From assembly GCA_051362555.1 (NCBI GenBank), contig CM120640.1, positions 63,714,788 through 63,778,787 of the forward strand: a DNA stretch of 64,000 nt, written 5' to 3'. The stretch is from Lingula anatina (lineage: Eukaryota; Animalia; Brachiopoda). Numbering within the stretch: the first letter of the stretch is position 1; each line of letters opens with the position of its first letter. Of the stretch, positions 35,674 to 56,000 are shown piece after piece. A program made the translations under genes and the position numbers. The notes beneath the pieces are model-generated. The model had not been told where the DNA came from, did no database searches, and was given only the letters and a program-made list of their open reading frames with translations.

Positions 35674-38600
35674 AATCTTGCAGAAGTGTTGTCAAGGCTG
35701 GAATAGAAGTTCCAAGAGGCTTTGGGACACGTTTCTCCAGATGACATGATACTTATCATGATAACAGGTTGATTCTGAAAAGCAGTTGATCTATTCAAGC
35801 ACCACTGTATTGAAAGTGGCATCATCAGGGATTTGACAAAAATCCCTGGTTTGTTTGTGAATAAGCAAACAGTTATTGAGGGCAATTTTCCTAGGACAAC
35901 GTATTTAGGGCACAGGGATGAAGCAATTCATTTTTGTTTCACAACTAGCAATACTGTTTAATGGTTTGAAGGGGGGGGGGGGGGGGGGGAGAAGGGGTGC
36001 CCATAAGCTAAGGGAAGAGCAGCTGCCCCTGAATCTGTCATTGATCATGTCCAAAATTTTGGTCAGAAAGAGCAGTGACCATCCTATACAAGAGTGCAGT
36101 AAAGGGTAACATTACACAGCTTGATATTCTGAATTATGATCAAGTCACATTTGTTCAAAACACTTCATTGTGCTTGTTGCTTAGCTAACACACTTTGGAA
36201 AAGATGACAGTTTTAGGACTGTAATACATGTACAATAAATATGCCACCACCAATTGAAAGGTGTAAGGTATTGTTGTTAAAATGTTTGTTTATACAACTA
36301 ACACTTGAATAAAAATGTTGATTTAAAAAGTTTTTGTAAATCCTTTTAAAAATGAAATCAACAAACTGGTGGACTGGGATGTCCATGTGTTGAATATATC
36401 AGTTCTTTCAAAGAAAATTTGCATGCAGGGAGAATGCAATCAACATTTTTCAATAAACTAAGACAAATTTATCAAAAACTAAGTCTTATAAAGACACTGG
36501 AGAATTACTGTGTGCTGAAATGTTGTCAGTAAATGTCAAGAACACTAAGTGCACCATATTACACTTGTTGACATCAGCAATTAGAAAAGCACAGAGAGCA
36601 CTGACCGACACCTAGGACACTGCAATGATAACTTGTGATAGTTAGAGGACGTCCATTGCACAAGGTCATTGGCCATATCCCACAATATTGAATAATCCCT
36701 TAAAATACTTGAATAATCCCTTAAAATACTTGAATCCAGGTGTTTATCTGGGTCGTGGATATCCACTAAAACGTAATGTCTTGTAAGCTGGCCCATTTCT
36801 GACCTATTCTGGAAATTTCATCAAAGTGCATCCATTAACTTTTTGTTAGGGCTGGTTATTGGACCTACCCTAGGTTCTAGATTCCGGTATTGCCAGCTCG
36901 ATCTTGATTTCATATATAACCCATATTAGCAATACCAGGCTCTAGCGAACAGCGGCAACGCAGGGGCGTTCTTCTTCAAAATTCTGCCTGGGGCGCTTCC
37001 ATATTTGGAAGTCACACGTCACAGCTGTGTCCGCCTGGATCCATATTTGGAAGTCGTAAGTCTCGTACGTCACAGGTTTGGCAGCCTGGAGCTGCCTTTC
37101 CTGCCTCGTGCACAGAGACAAGAAGCAATTTAAGTGCCTGACGCGGAGTTAGAAGTTTGAATTGAAAATATCTTGCAGTCGAAGGTCAGTGCCACAATAC
37201 AAGCAACATTCTGCTGTAAAAACTGATTTTCGTGTAGCCTTTGCGCAGCCCTTATAGTGGTATCGGGCATACAGTGTAGCCGTCAAATTTAACACGGCAA
37301 ACACGTGTATTGTGCACGTGTATATCTCAGGACTAAATGTTCTTTGATAAGCAAAAAATACAAAAACATTGGATATCTTTTCTTTTCAAAGAATATTATT
37401 CATTTTTTCATTTATTCTTTAAATACAGTAAATAAAATTAAAGCAGAATTAAATTTGTTTTACGTTTCATTTTGGTCTAATGACATTCAACTGCAGTTTC
37501 ACTGCGGAGCAGTTCTATTTGATTGACGGAAGCCTAACATGGCCGCTGGTCTTCAGAGCTAGTAAAAATGACTCCAAGGTATATTTAATATTTACAAGCT
37601 AATTTTTACGTTGCTCTAACACTCAGGGTAATTGGACCAAGATGTTAAGCTCTACTGACCAGGTATCAGTGACTGGCAAACTAGATGAATCAAGGGTGTC
37701 AAGATGGAAAATGACTTGTGTTGAAAAAAAAAGCAGTATAAGTTCAAATATCCTGCTTTTTATTTGTATGGTTTAACACTTTTTACCCCCCTTCGTATTT
37801 AGTTTTCCTTGATATAGCAATAATCATGCAATGATATGTAACCCTTTCTTGATGGTGAGGTTCTGCATCTCTTGGAGATTAAGCAGAATTCTTCAAGTAA
37901 GGTAAGATTTTAACTCACTTTTCATGAGGTTTGATTTATTTATCATCCAGTGGGTGTGGTAAATAAGACAGTAGTGGATAATCTTCAGTTTCATTCAAAC
38001 TAAAATAAAAATTTCCACAGGGTCTGGCAAAACATCCAAGCCTTCATGCAAGACTACTAAAACATGACTAGAGATGGTGGCATACGTACCAAAACCTGTG
38101 ATAAAAGTCCCCTTTTATATTACACATCTCATATTTATCATTACCAAGCTGACCTACCTGCATCAAACTATGTTGACATAGCCAATCAGAATGGAAACAG
38201 ACCTTAATATTTATCTTCTCTAGTGTCAAGGTTCAAGCAAGGACCAGACTTAAAAACAAACTGAACATATAAATATTACAAACACTTTCACCTAACCCAA
38301 GCGTTGTATTGGAACATGTGAATGTTAATATTTTGCTGATCTTTAATAACTACAGAAACAGAAACGTTTCTGTTGAGAACATATTAAAAAATATACAAAT
38401 ATAGATAATTGCAACATTTTGGCAATTGGATGCCTAATACATTATTTTTATGAGCCTCCAAAGACAATCCCAAACTTAATCAACAGTAACTAGTGTGTTG
38501 GATGTCAGAGTTTCCTTCAAAACTCTGTAAAGAGACAGGTTTCAATTGGCCAATGCTCTTCTTAGAATCCTGTGGAATTGATACTTTCATACAAAGACAA

Positions 38601-39041
38601 ATCATGATCCTACACGTTACAATAATGTGAAAGAAGCTGCAAGAATGTTGGAATGAATTGTTTTACAGATAAATTGCACACATGAAAAAACATATGCCTT
38701 GCTCTATTGCTTAATGGCTGTATATAATTTTTTATTTAAAATACATTTGGGAAAGAACACTGAGAACTTGACCTTAGCTGTTCAATGAGGAAAAATCATG
38801 TGTCATGTCACAGGTAGAGAAAATACTGATAAAATGACACATATCTAAAGATCTATATGTTGGAGCTTGTATGTCCAGCACAGCTCCAGCTACTCAGCAT
38901 TCAAAGGTTAACCCCCTTTAATATTTGATTAACAAAACCTATGTAGATTCCCCTAAAACCGATATTGACTGCTTTATCATATATCAATCCAAGTGTAATA
39001 TGACACCTTTTCCCATTCAACCAACAGTTATTCATTTTATA

Positions 39042-41450
39042 TCAACCGTTTGTTTCTGTATGAGTGGAATTATCATATCTGTCATTAATCCACGTTGAAA
39101 TAAAATACAATACTGGCACCATAATGAAGACTATCACAGCTATACCAAGGGCATACCTTAATAAGGATTTTTCACTTGTGTTTGTGATTTTCTTTGAGAG
39201 AGGAAGGATTGTTTTTGTTGTTAAATATGATGTCACCTCTTGGAGGGAATCTTTTCGACTTTTTGTAGAGTTTCTAATTTTTTGCAAATCTTTATCCATA
39301 TGCTTGAGGAATTTTTTTGCTTCTTTTGTTTGGCTGTTCATAGCACCTCTTATGCTTAAAGTTCTTACAAGGAGTGTCTGACTGTCTGAATCACTGCCAT
39401 CAAATGCAAAGTCTTCGTTGTTGAGTTCCTGCTCTTCCTCAACTTCTTCTATCACAGATCTAGAGTTTCTGTTAACAACTGATCCAAGTGTCAATTTTTT
39501 TCCTTTTGAATTCTTGTTCTCATGTTCTACAAGTTCTGTCAGCAGTCCAAATCTTTTTATTGGTACCTTTATTCTTTTCAAAGCATAAAAATCTTGGTCC
39601 CTTATTAAGTTGTTAATCCTCTTTATTTCAGCAACCTGTGGAAAAGAAGAATAAATATTTAACTATGGCAACAATATTAAAATATGATTCAATAATTTAT
39701 AATGCCTTCATCATTACACACTGTAGAAAGCATTTATTTCATAAAGCAATGTGGGTAACGAGGATACTTGTCCAAAGATTGGGAAACTAAAAAAAATGGC
39801 CTTTAAATTAACGGTACTAAAAATACTGACACGTAAAAAAAGCAAACAAATAACCCACATTTTAAGGATGTAGATAACAGGGGTAGCTATCTTCTAAACC
39901 GACCAAGATATACCAACATGTTACATATCAATAGAAAGCTTATTTCAACAGCTTTTCATTTCATATCCTTATTTTATTATGTAATCCTTATGTAATGAGA
40001 TATAATGCTTAATAGGGGTACTCAACATGATCTTTACACCTTAAAAACTAGAAGTCCACTACAAATGGACATGTGTAGACAGCTTGACTCGTGAGCCCTC
40101 ATTGGGATCAACAAGAATGCGCCTCAAATTAGCGATATGTGTTAAATTAGCAGAGATATCAAAATAAACCTGGTTTCCAGTTCAACGAGACCCCCTAGCC
40201 TAACTAAAGCACGCGTAAGTTGAAAACGGAGCTGATGTTATGAAATCCCAGACACATGATTTCAGACAAACCTTAGATCTAACGAATGAATGCCAGTTTT
40301 CATCGGTTGAGAGTTCTAATTAATTTTGACACTGGTCTAAATGGTTCTCTTGAAGCCATAAACTGAAGCTGAGAAATCAGCCTTTTAGTGCTCCCCGGAG
40401 ATTCCAACGTTATATAATCAGTGAGCTGCATTGGCAAGCTGAGAAATTTAGTTATTTATACTGGTTCAGCCCTCTACTCACTGCCTATGTAACTGTCACT
40501 ATGTCTTTCATCCATTTTTAACATATTATTGAACATTTTCAACCGGAGGCCCCCTCCATGCATTGACAGCAGCCACCATGTTAGTCGTGACGTCAGCCTT
40601 CTTCACCACGTGACATCTAGGGGGAGTGCCTTTGCCCATATACGTCTCATCTATATGTCTGCTTTTTAAAGCTTTAATAGATCATCAGAATTAAGTTCAC
40701 TGATAAATTCAAAATGAAAAGTATTGTTTGGCAAGTGAAAGCGGGATGTTACTCACAGAATGTGAAAGGCTTAGCAGCAATCTAGTACGGGAAATATACA
40801 GCTGCACAGTGAAGCTGCCAATCAAACACATATATGGACAAGTGTGACCTACTTAAAAACTCAGACACGCTACCACAGGGGTAAATCACCAATTAGGCTA
40901 AAATTACGGGTTTATGTGTAAACTTCCATTATGTTAAGATAGGCTGATATGTAGTTGATATTTCATCTATCTAATACTGACAAATTCAGAAAAACACCCA
41001 AATTTTACTGTTTTACTGTTAATTACTACCTTAAATAGTAGTCATTTAATTAGTGCTATTAGTGTTTAGGTTGATCTTTTTAACCTGAATACAACTGAGA
41101 ATTTCTTAACTTTTTTCACTGTAGGCGATACTTACTGGGCATCCAAACTGTAAAGCTAAACTTTGTAATGTGTCACCCTCCGATACTTCTTTCTCTAAGT
41201 AATCGGGCTGGTCATTTTCAGCTTTGAGGGAATGGTAGTCTTTGCTCTTAGCACCCCGTACACGGAGCTGTGACATCTCCACAGAGCCTTGTTCGAGGTC
41301 ATCCTCCTTAACATCATCATCACCAAATATATACACTCGGGAGTCTGGCACATTCTGGACCTGGGCATCTGTTGGGAGAGGCCGGTAGCTCCCCCTCGGA
41401 TCCTTTCTGAACAAGCTGCCTTGTGAGCTTGGGCGATGGTACCCACTCAT
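39042..41450 (-). CDS. LYSMD3: LysM domain-containing membrane protein (LYSMD3/4-like), 2 coding exons
   Basis: Exon 41450-41136 (..[15 protein letters not shown]) joins 39635-39042 ([54 protein letters not shown]). LysM domain plus C-terminal TM segment as in LYSMD3/4. Confidence 0.93.
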
Positions 41451-42742
<1,292 letters not shown>

Positions 42743-43535
42743 TAAAACAAGAGAGAGATTGTGATATCATCTTACAAGCTGTTAGGACCCATACGGCATG
42801 ACACATTCATAAACAAATTGCTGAACACAGAAAAAAGCAGTTACTTTGTAGATGATGACGGGATAAAGGGATATATGCTACTGAAAGAGGCCATTTTTCT
42901 TTCAGCCTAACACATTATGGGGCATCTTTGCAAAATGTTGTGTTTTGCTCTTTTGGTATAAAGAAGACATTCAAATCATTGAGAGAGTTGGACTGCTGCA
43001 GAAAGTACTATTTAATGTCTCAAACTTGGTGTTATTGAACTGCCACATTTGCACAGGTTTAGCATACATTATTCCTTTTTGTTGTAAAATGCTTTATTTA
43101 CTACCTATTATAACATCATTTATGTGACTGACATAATGTACATATAAATATTGAGAGGGCCCCCCCTTACCTATGTTAAGCTACAGTGACTGGGTGCACA
43201 AAAGACTTGGATCATAAATAATGACGACACATGGATCCCTCAGGAGAAGTTAAATGGAACTATATGATTTAGTATCACAGCCTACTGTGTAAAGTTTGTG
43301 ATATCAAATGTTCTAGTGCAATAAAATTATTTTTAATTCACTTTTAATGAAACCAGATGGTGTTTAACATAAAAATTGCTTTGGGATTCACAAAATATGG
43401 TGTTTGTAAATTTGGGAAGGGTTGTAAACTTGTATGTAAATGAGAAATGTTAAAATTCTCAATTTCTTTTTTTTTTTTTCTTTTTTTTTCATCAAATGGA
43501 ATCCTTTACTTTTTAAAAACAATTTAAAACCAGAC

Positions 43536-48648
<5,113 letters not shown>

Positions 48649-48977
48649 AATTACCAGTAATTCTGCTAATGTCAACAAAAAGAGCGCTCAACCTTCTACC
48701 TTACAAGCACCAACACATGTCTGTGTCTGTCTGTGCGTCGATTGCGATAGGTGTGATAGAATATTGCACTTCCGTGTTTGTGAGATTTGGTGGTCTTTTT
48801 TCTCAACCAACGGCGAAATTAACAAGAAACACAGTAACACATTCAAATTTATATATTGTTTTGGGAAAATTAATGGATCCTGGGTGATGTTTGATGTTTC
48901 TTCATTCTACACTGCCAAAGTGCCAGGGACCACCTAGTTACTTATTCGCAAATACTGAAATAGTACGTAATACCAAT

Positions 48978-49150
48978 ACTACTAATATGCTCTTAATTCA
49001 TTCTTCAACCGAACATAAATTGTTATCTCACCGCGACTGTCCAAGAAAGAGCAAAACACTTTATTACTACTAATATGCTCTTAATTCATTCTTCAACCGA
49101 ATATAAATTGTTATCTCACCGCGACTGCCCAAGAAAGAGCAAAACACTTA
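48978..49150. repeat. Direct tandem duplication, 2 x ~88 bp
   Basis: actactaatatgctcttaattcattcttcaaccgaa..aagaaagagcaaaacactt occurs twice with 2 visible mismatches. Confidence 0.9.
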
Positions 49151-50189
49151 ATTACTAGTACACAAGTCCCGTAAGTTAGCCTACAGATTACCTTGGGGCC
49201 AACGTTTTCTTGAAAAAATAAACAACCCACTAAGTAAAATTAAAATAAAAACTAAAAATTAGAACAAGTTCATGTACCAGAATTTACATTGAACGCCACT
49301 TTTGTCTGGCATGTCTAATAAGTTATAGAAAAACTTCCTTAGAATTTTACCATGCAGTGTTTGGCTTCGGGTCAAGGAGAGAAAAGGCAGAACTGAGAAT
49401 CAAGTAGCAAGGTAGTAGCATTTAATGCTAAATTTTGATATATATATTAATATTATTTTTCTCTGTGTTGACAGCGTTTTCAAACAAATCTACAAATCGT
49501 CAAACAAAGATAGAAATCAAGAGCTTTTCACATACATTTATGAAATAAATAGATACACTTTACTGTGTTTCTGGTAATTTTAAGTGCAGATACTAAGTAC
49601 TGACCAATCATTAAGATTGAACAATATTTATAAGAGTATTTGTCTTTTTTATAGCCCAGTATTTTGGCAAAAATGGTTAATCATAAAATTAAATTATTTA
49701 TTCTATAAGTTGGGTAACTACTGCTCAAACATTTGAAGACCAGCATTTAAACAATTGGAAGCTGTTAGTACAGCACCATAACAATCCACAGCACATACAG
49801 GTTAATAATTTGTACCCCAACAAAAACTACTTCAAACCACAACAAATATTCAGAGTGATTTATAAATGATATACAATATTTTTTCATATATAACACTCCG
49901 AATAACTGGCAATGCTGTATTCTAGTTTCAAAATTTAAAAAAAAAAAAAAACTTGACGCAAGACCTAAAATAAATACATATCTTTTCATAGGGGACCATA
50001 TAATAATATCATCAGCTACTGGCACAATATTTCTGTAAGAGATTGAAATTGTAGTATACAAGAATTCCCAAATGAAACTACAAATAAATTATGAACAGCT
50101 GTGTATTTGGGAACTTTTTAGTGTTAAAACATTTCTTTTGTAAAATGAGCTTGAATACTGTCTCATTATAACCCAGCCTACTGCTGTGA

Positions 50190-50789
50190 TTATGCTTTTG
50201 ATTCTTCAGGATCTTTAACTTTAGTCCTTGCTTTTCTGTTAAGTGGTGGTTTTACATTGTCATCTACACTCTTAAGTAATCTGTCTATTGAATCCCTCCT
50301 CCTCCTCCTTGCAGCAGATTTCCTCTTTGGTGTCCCACCAGGGGTGTCCTGCTCACTGTCCTCTGTCTCTGAGACAAATTTCAGGTCTCCCGAGGCAGAC
50401 TTTACAGCTGTAGTCTGGAATAAAATTAACAAGTTTTAATTTAATCAAAAGGTGCATATATTTAATAACTTTAGGATTTTAAGTTTCTTGTTTTCTATAT
50501 TGTCTACTGTAAATAACTAGTAAATTTTCTAAATACCATTGTTAGGGTGTTTATTTTCTAATGTGTAATTTTGACACAAAAAGATATAATGAATACATCT
50601 GAATGTGTAGATTGCTATTAAAATGGCTCACTTACTTTCTTTGGTTTTGTCTCTATTGCATTCAATTCCTCCTCATCTTCATCTCCATCATCCACTGCTC
50701 CTGCAATATGACATTAATTTGAATGATACATTAATCACTTTTTTGCTATTGATTCAATCCCTCTACATTTGTTGTTTAAAAAGTCACAC

Positions 50790-50849
<60 letters not shown>

Positions 50850-53025
50850 GACATGACTTAAAAAATCCAGGTGGACTTCTATAAGAGGTTAAGCATTATT
50901 ATTTTAACCTACCTATTTCTGCCACATAGTTTGAGGGAAAAAATCCTTGCTGTCCATCCAACAGTTCACCCATCCACCAGTTCTCACTGTCCTTATACAG
51001 CACTGTCACAATGTCACCACGCACCAGCGACAGCTCATCAGACCTCTGCGCCTGATAGTCATACAGTGCCTTGACCTAAAATTGTCATCATATATCAATG
51101 AACCAGCAACAACTGATAAGACTGACAGAATAAAACAAAATAAAAGAATAACAGTTCACCCATCCACCAGTCAGCAGCTTATACACTCATAATTGCAATG
51201 AATGGTAACAAACCAAAATATCAGACATTACTTAAGGCCATATATGGCCTTAGGTTTTCTGATATTATGTAGAGACTTTCAGCATAATGAATATTACAAA
51301 ATTATTTTTCCAAACTCATATTAGTATCTTTGATAATTCTGCAAGTCAAATCCAAATATAAGCCTCATAAAACAGAGATTATATGGAAGCCTCCAGATAA
51401 ACTCATCGTATTAACTGGATCAATCCCACTCTGCAGAGATTCTCTTGTACAGGCAGTGGATGTAATCAGCTTCATTGTATGACAAGCCTCCTCAACCAGA
51501 AAGGGGTAATTATCTTTCGTGCGAGCTTGGCTCTCAGAAGCTCTTTCACTCAAGGAGACAAGTCAGAAAATTAAGCTGATTACAATGAATGCACTTTTAA
51601 GAGAATCCCCGCAGAGTTGGATCAATTCAGCTTGTAAGATGGTTTTTCTGAACGCAGTCTAAGATATAAGGGTTGGGGAGACAATATCTATTTTACTTGT
51701 GGATACCACCTATATTCTCTTATAAAACATCATATTAACTCAACAAGTGTAACATACCTGCTTTTGTACAGCTGTCTTATTCTTAGTGGTAGGAGGAGGT
51801 TGAAATGAAAACTGAGGTTTTCCTTGTGTCTGCAAAAACATGAATAACTGCAGTGAAAGCATCTTGCACTTTAAAATACCTCCAAAGACAGTAATATGAA
51901 TCTACTTCTAAAAACTGCTCTACACATACATATTTATACAAACTTAAATGTACAATGAATTCATATTGGGGTTTTCAATTACTTATAATGGGATAACTAA
52001 CTATATCAAACTGAGTTCACAGTGTATGCAAGCAGAACATTTTACTTCACTTTTTAGATATATTTATCTTGAGAAACTGTACAACTGTACAACAGAAGAG
52101 CTACTCACTGCATTGAGGGCAATCTGTGGAGGCCTGCCTGTATATGGAATAGGCATTGCACCCTGGCGCCCAACTAAAGTGCAAGGTAGAAATACATGGT
52201 TTCAAGCATAAAAAGTAGGTCTTGATGTGGTCTATTTTTTTTTTCACAGAGACAACACTGATTACTATTAAATGTAAAAATCAATGTTAGATGAGTAAAA
52301 GGTAAAGCTGTGTTACACTCATTTTGCCAAAATAATGAATTTTATTCTAAAAACGTACTCCATACAACAAATAGGATAATAAATCTAATTAGAGCAAATT
52401 CAGCCTGTCTGTGTTTCTCTTAAAGCAAAGACATATGTAACCTGCTCCAAACTGTGGTCTCCATCCTGTGCCGCCTTGTCTTTGGTACTTCATCTGGGAC
52501 GCAAACTGCTGTTGTTGCATGGTGGCACTCAGGTTGGTTGTGGCATGTGGGGAAAATGCTTGAGGAGCTGGACTCTGAAATAAGGATGGGTCATCAATGA
52601 ATATAGTTATACATTACATATTATGAAAATAACAGCCTAAATGCTGTGAAAGGAAAAAATTGACACCAGCAAAGTTCCACAAAGTGGCAACAAGTGGAAT
52701 CCATTTTATATCACTTTAGTCAAATTATTATGAACTTAATACTTACCCCTGTCATGGCTTGCATGTAGTTCAGATATGTTGACTGGTCAAATGTATGCCC
52801 CCATGTGCTGTCCATGAAGGCTGTCTGACCAGGTGTGGACGGAACTTGACCAGGGATTAACTTATCCGGTGAACGAGCCCTTAGTGGAGCTTGGAATGCC
52901 TGATTATGTGAGGAACAAAGAAATCAAAATGCTATATATAATTAATAACTAAATAAACATGTAGACTATGTGGGGATTAAATTTGCCACTATGAACTTTT
53001 CTTTGAATGTATGCATATTATTATT

Positions 53026-53061
<36 letters not shown>

Positions 53062-56000
53062 TTTTTTATTTTTTTTTTTTGACAAACTTCAACAGATGTA
53101 AGCAAGTAGTCCATTCTCTCTTTTTTTCCTCTTTAAATTCTGGGTTGCAACATTCAAAACTGTGGATGTAACTTATTGGACATCTCAAAAAGTTAATGTA
53201 TTACTGTCAATTAAATTTGAAATAAATGACCTCATAATAAACATGTCATGTTAACCTCTTCAACTAGATTAGATGTAAAAAAACTGTAACATAAAGTCAC
53301 TCATCACAGCTCATCTGATCAAATGATGGCAAAATTTCCCAGGTTGTTTAAAAGTCACTTAAAAGGTACTCCAAATACCTTTAATTAGAGAGTTGGTTTC
53401 ATAAAAAAAATGACAAGGTGCTTTAAATGATAAGAAAATTTGAAGCTCATTCACCTTTGGGAAAAGAGTATAAAAATATATTTCAGCAACAGTTTACTCT
53501 TTAAGATATGGCCATGTGTCAACACAATAGTTTAGTGAAACCCACTGCATAAATTGAAATAAGCCACAACTAGACAGCAAAGCTGGCAAATATACAGAAA
53601 CCATACAGGAAACAAGGCAGCAAAGCTGTCAAATGTTCAGACATTCACAGAAAAAACTGCACAAAATAATGTTTTGGCCAATTCTGATGCACTGTTACAT
53701 AATGCTTTAAAATAGCATAATCACTCTTACCCTATTACATCATGTACTACAGGTAACATGGACATTGAAAAACTAGCAAGTGATTCAATTCCATGTGATG
53801 TAAAAGCCACTGAAAATCCTAATGTGTGAAAAATGAAAATTTCACACAAAAAATAAGTATCGTAAATGTGAACTGATAATGCTGACTTTTGAAAGCAACC
53901 TACCGTTTTACCAAGCAAAGCTACTCAGTAAATTTAATGTAAAAAAATATATATATACAATTTGAAAGTTATGGGGTGAACGTCACCAAAATTGTGCAAA
54001 AAAACAATAATTACCATAAATGTCAACAGATCATGCCGATTTTTGAAAGCAACCTACCACTTTACCAAACAAAGCCACTCTATAAATTTAAAGTAAAACA
54101 AAAATACGGTTTGGCAGTTATGGGGGGAACGTCACTAAAATTGTGCAAAAAACCAGAATAATTACCGTAAATGTAAACCAATCATGCTGATTTTTGAAAG
54201 CAATCTGCTTCTTTACCAAACAAAGCCAATTGGCAATTTTAAAATAAAACAAAAGTATGGTTTGAAAGTTATGGGGGCGAACGTCATGTGTCGGACAGTG
54301 ACAGCAATGGCGACAGTGATGGCGACAGCAACGAAGAGGACAGACAGACCAATCGGAATATATACAGACACTTACAGTATCTGTATATAAAAATTTTTGT
54401 GTGGGAAATACTGTTAAACTCAGCTATCATGAAAATCTTATTAAGTATACGAAACAGGAAACATCAACCAAACGCTTAGAGCAATGGTTTTGTGCTATTT
54501 AAAGTACAATATTATGTGAAATAAAAAAGGTTAGTTTGTACAAACTTCTTAATATGACCCCTTTAAAAATGAAGTTAACTGAAAAAATAACAGCAAATGG
54601 CATATAAAAGTCACAAAAAATCACCTTTACATTCTTAGAAGCCTGGAAAAAAGAAAGGCAAAATGCAAGACTCAAAACAAAAATTATAATTAAGTAAACT
54701 AAAAATCCATATAATTCAAAGGTAATCCATTATTATAGTAATACGATGCGACTTCATTTTATACTTACTAATGTTATCACACCATGTACTTAGTCTATTT
54801 ACTTTATGCTGGTTCAAGTATATCAGGTGTGTCATATGTTTAAAACATAATAGGATTCACTCTTACTGTTACTGCTTCTAGTTTTTTCTTCACTCTCTCC
54901 AGCCTTGCTGTACCCTGCAAGGAGCTGTCTTCTACCTGGTATTCCTGATGAGCCCTGAAGGAGAAATCCATTGCATTTATATCCCATTAGCTTATGTAAT
55001 ATATATATTTGTCATCTTTTACATTCTTCTGTCATACTGGTAGCAACCCCTAAATTTACATCTATTTTCATGAAATCCAGTTAAATGCACCATGCTATCT
55101 TAAACCCAATGGTGACATTGTAATCGCTCATAAAATACTGCATTTCTTAGTTACAGTACCATGTAATCAAAAGATTGTATTTACATATAGTACATTAAAA
55201 TCTAGACAGAATATTAGTCAAGCATTTTTTTCCTTCTACACAGGCAAGCTGGAATAATCCGAATATCTTTTTCATATGTTTACACAAATGCTATACTTTG
55301 AAGACAAAATTGTTCAGTTTTAATTCTAAGTGCTACCTTAATTTTGCCTGAGATTCTGTTTCTTTCATTGTGGAAGCCCTTGTGGGTGATCTAGGTCTCA
55401 TAGACTTGGTCCCAAACACTGTGCCAATGTCTGCATCCAGTTGGGCCACTGTAATTATAATTATAATTCTGTCACTGTCACAATTGTCAAGGTAATTGTA
55501 TCAAAACTCCCTTTTTCTAAAAGGTTTCTTAGTCAGGCCTACCCAACTACCAGACTCGGCACCTAAGGATCCTGAATTAACCGGTATATCAGACCACACT
55601 ACCCGTTTTCAAGGTGTGTGTCAGATCGCATTTCAGAGTATAAGCCAGAACGCCGACAGGATGAGCCCTGGCATGCTCAGCTGTCACCTTGATTGGATAG
55701 TAAACGATTGTCGTAAAATCGCTATATGATTTTAAAACCGGGTGCATAAATTTGAAAGCCACCTAGATGCACCTTAGACTGCCACATTAATCTAATACAA
55801 TGGAAAAAAGCCCTATCAAATTGGTTAAAACATTCAAACCGAATGTCGTAAAGTCCCCATATATCCCCATAGAGACAATAAAATAGAGTACTCTAAAGTA
55901 AGAGTACAGTTTAAGGTTGTTCAGCCGAGCGTGGATGAGCCCGCAGTCGTGATACAAAATTTGTTCTGGTGTATGATACTCCGAAATGCGATCTGCCACA

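Noticed and set aside
39770-41035. Possible old DNA transposon in the LYSMD intron (a similar case at 36850-37720)
   Set aside because: Composition suggests a repeat, but I could not define matching TIRs or a TSD.
51150-51170. 21-bp duplicate of part of the AHI1 SH3 exon
   Set aside because: Too short and lacks splice sites. It is likely a local repair or slippage scar.
55330-55352. Second GC donor in AHI1 (CAG|GCAAAA)
   Set aside because: A GT donor 11 nt further on gives the phase required by the next exon.
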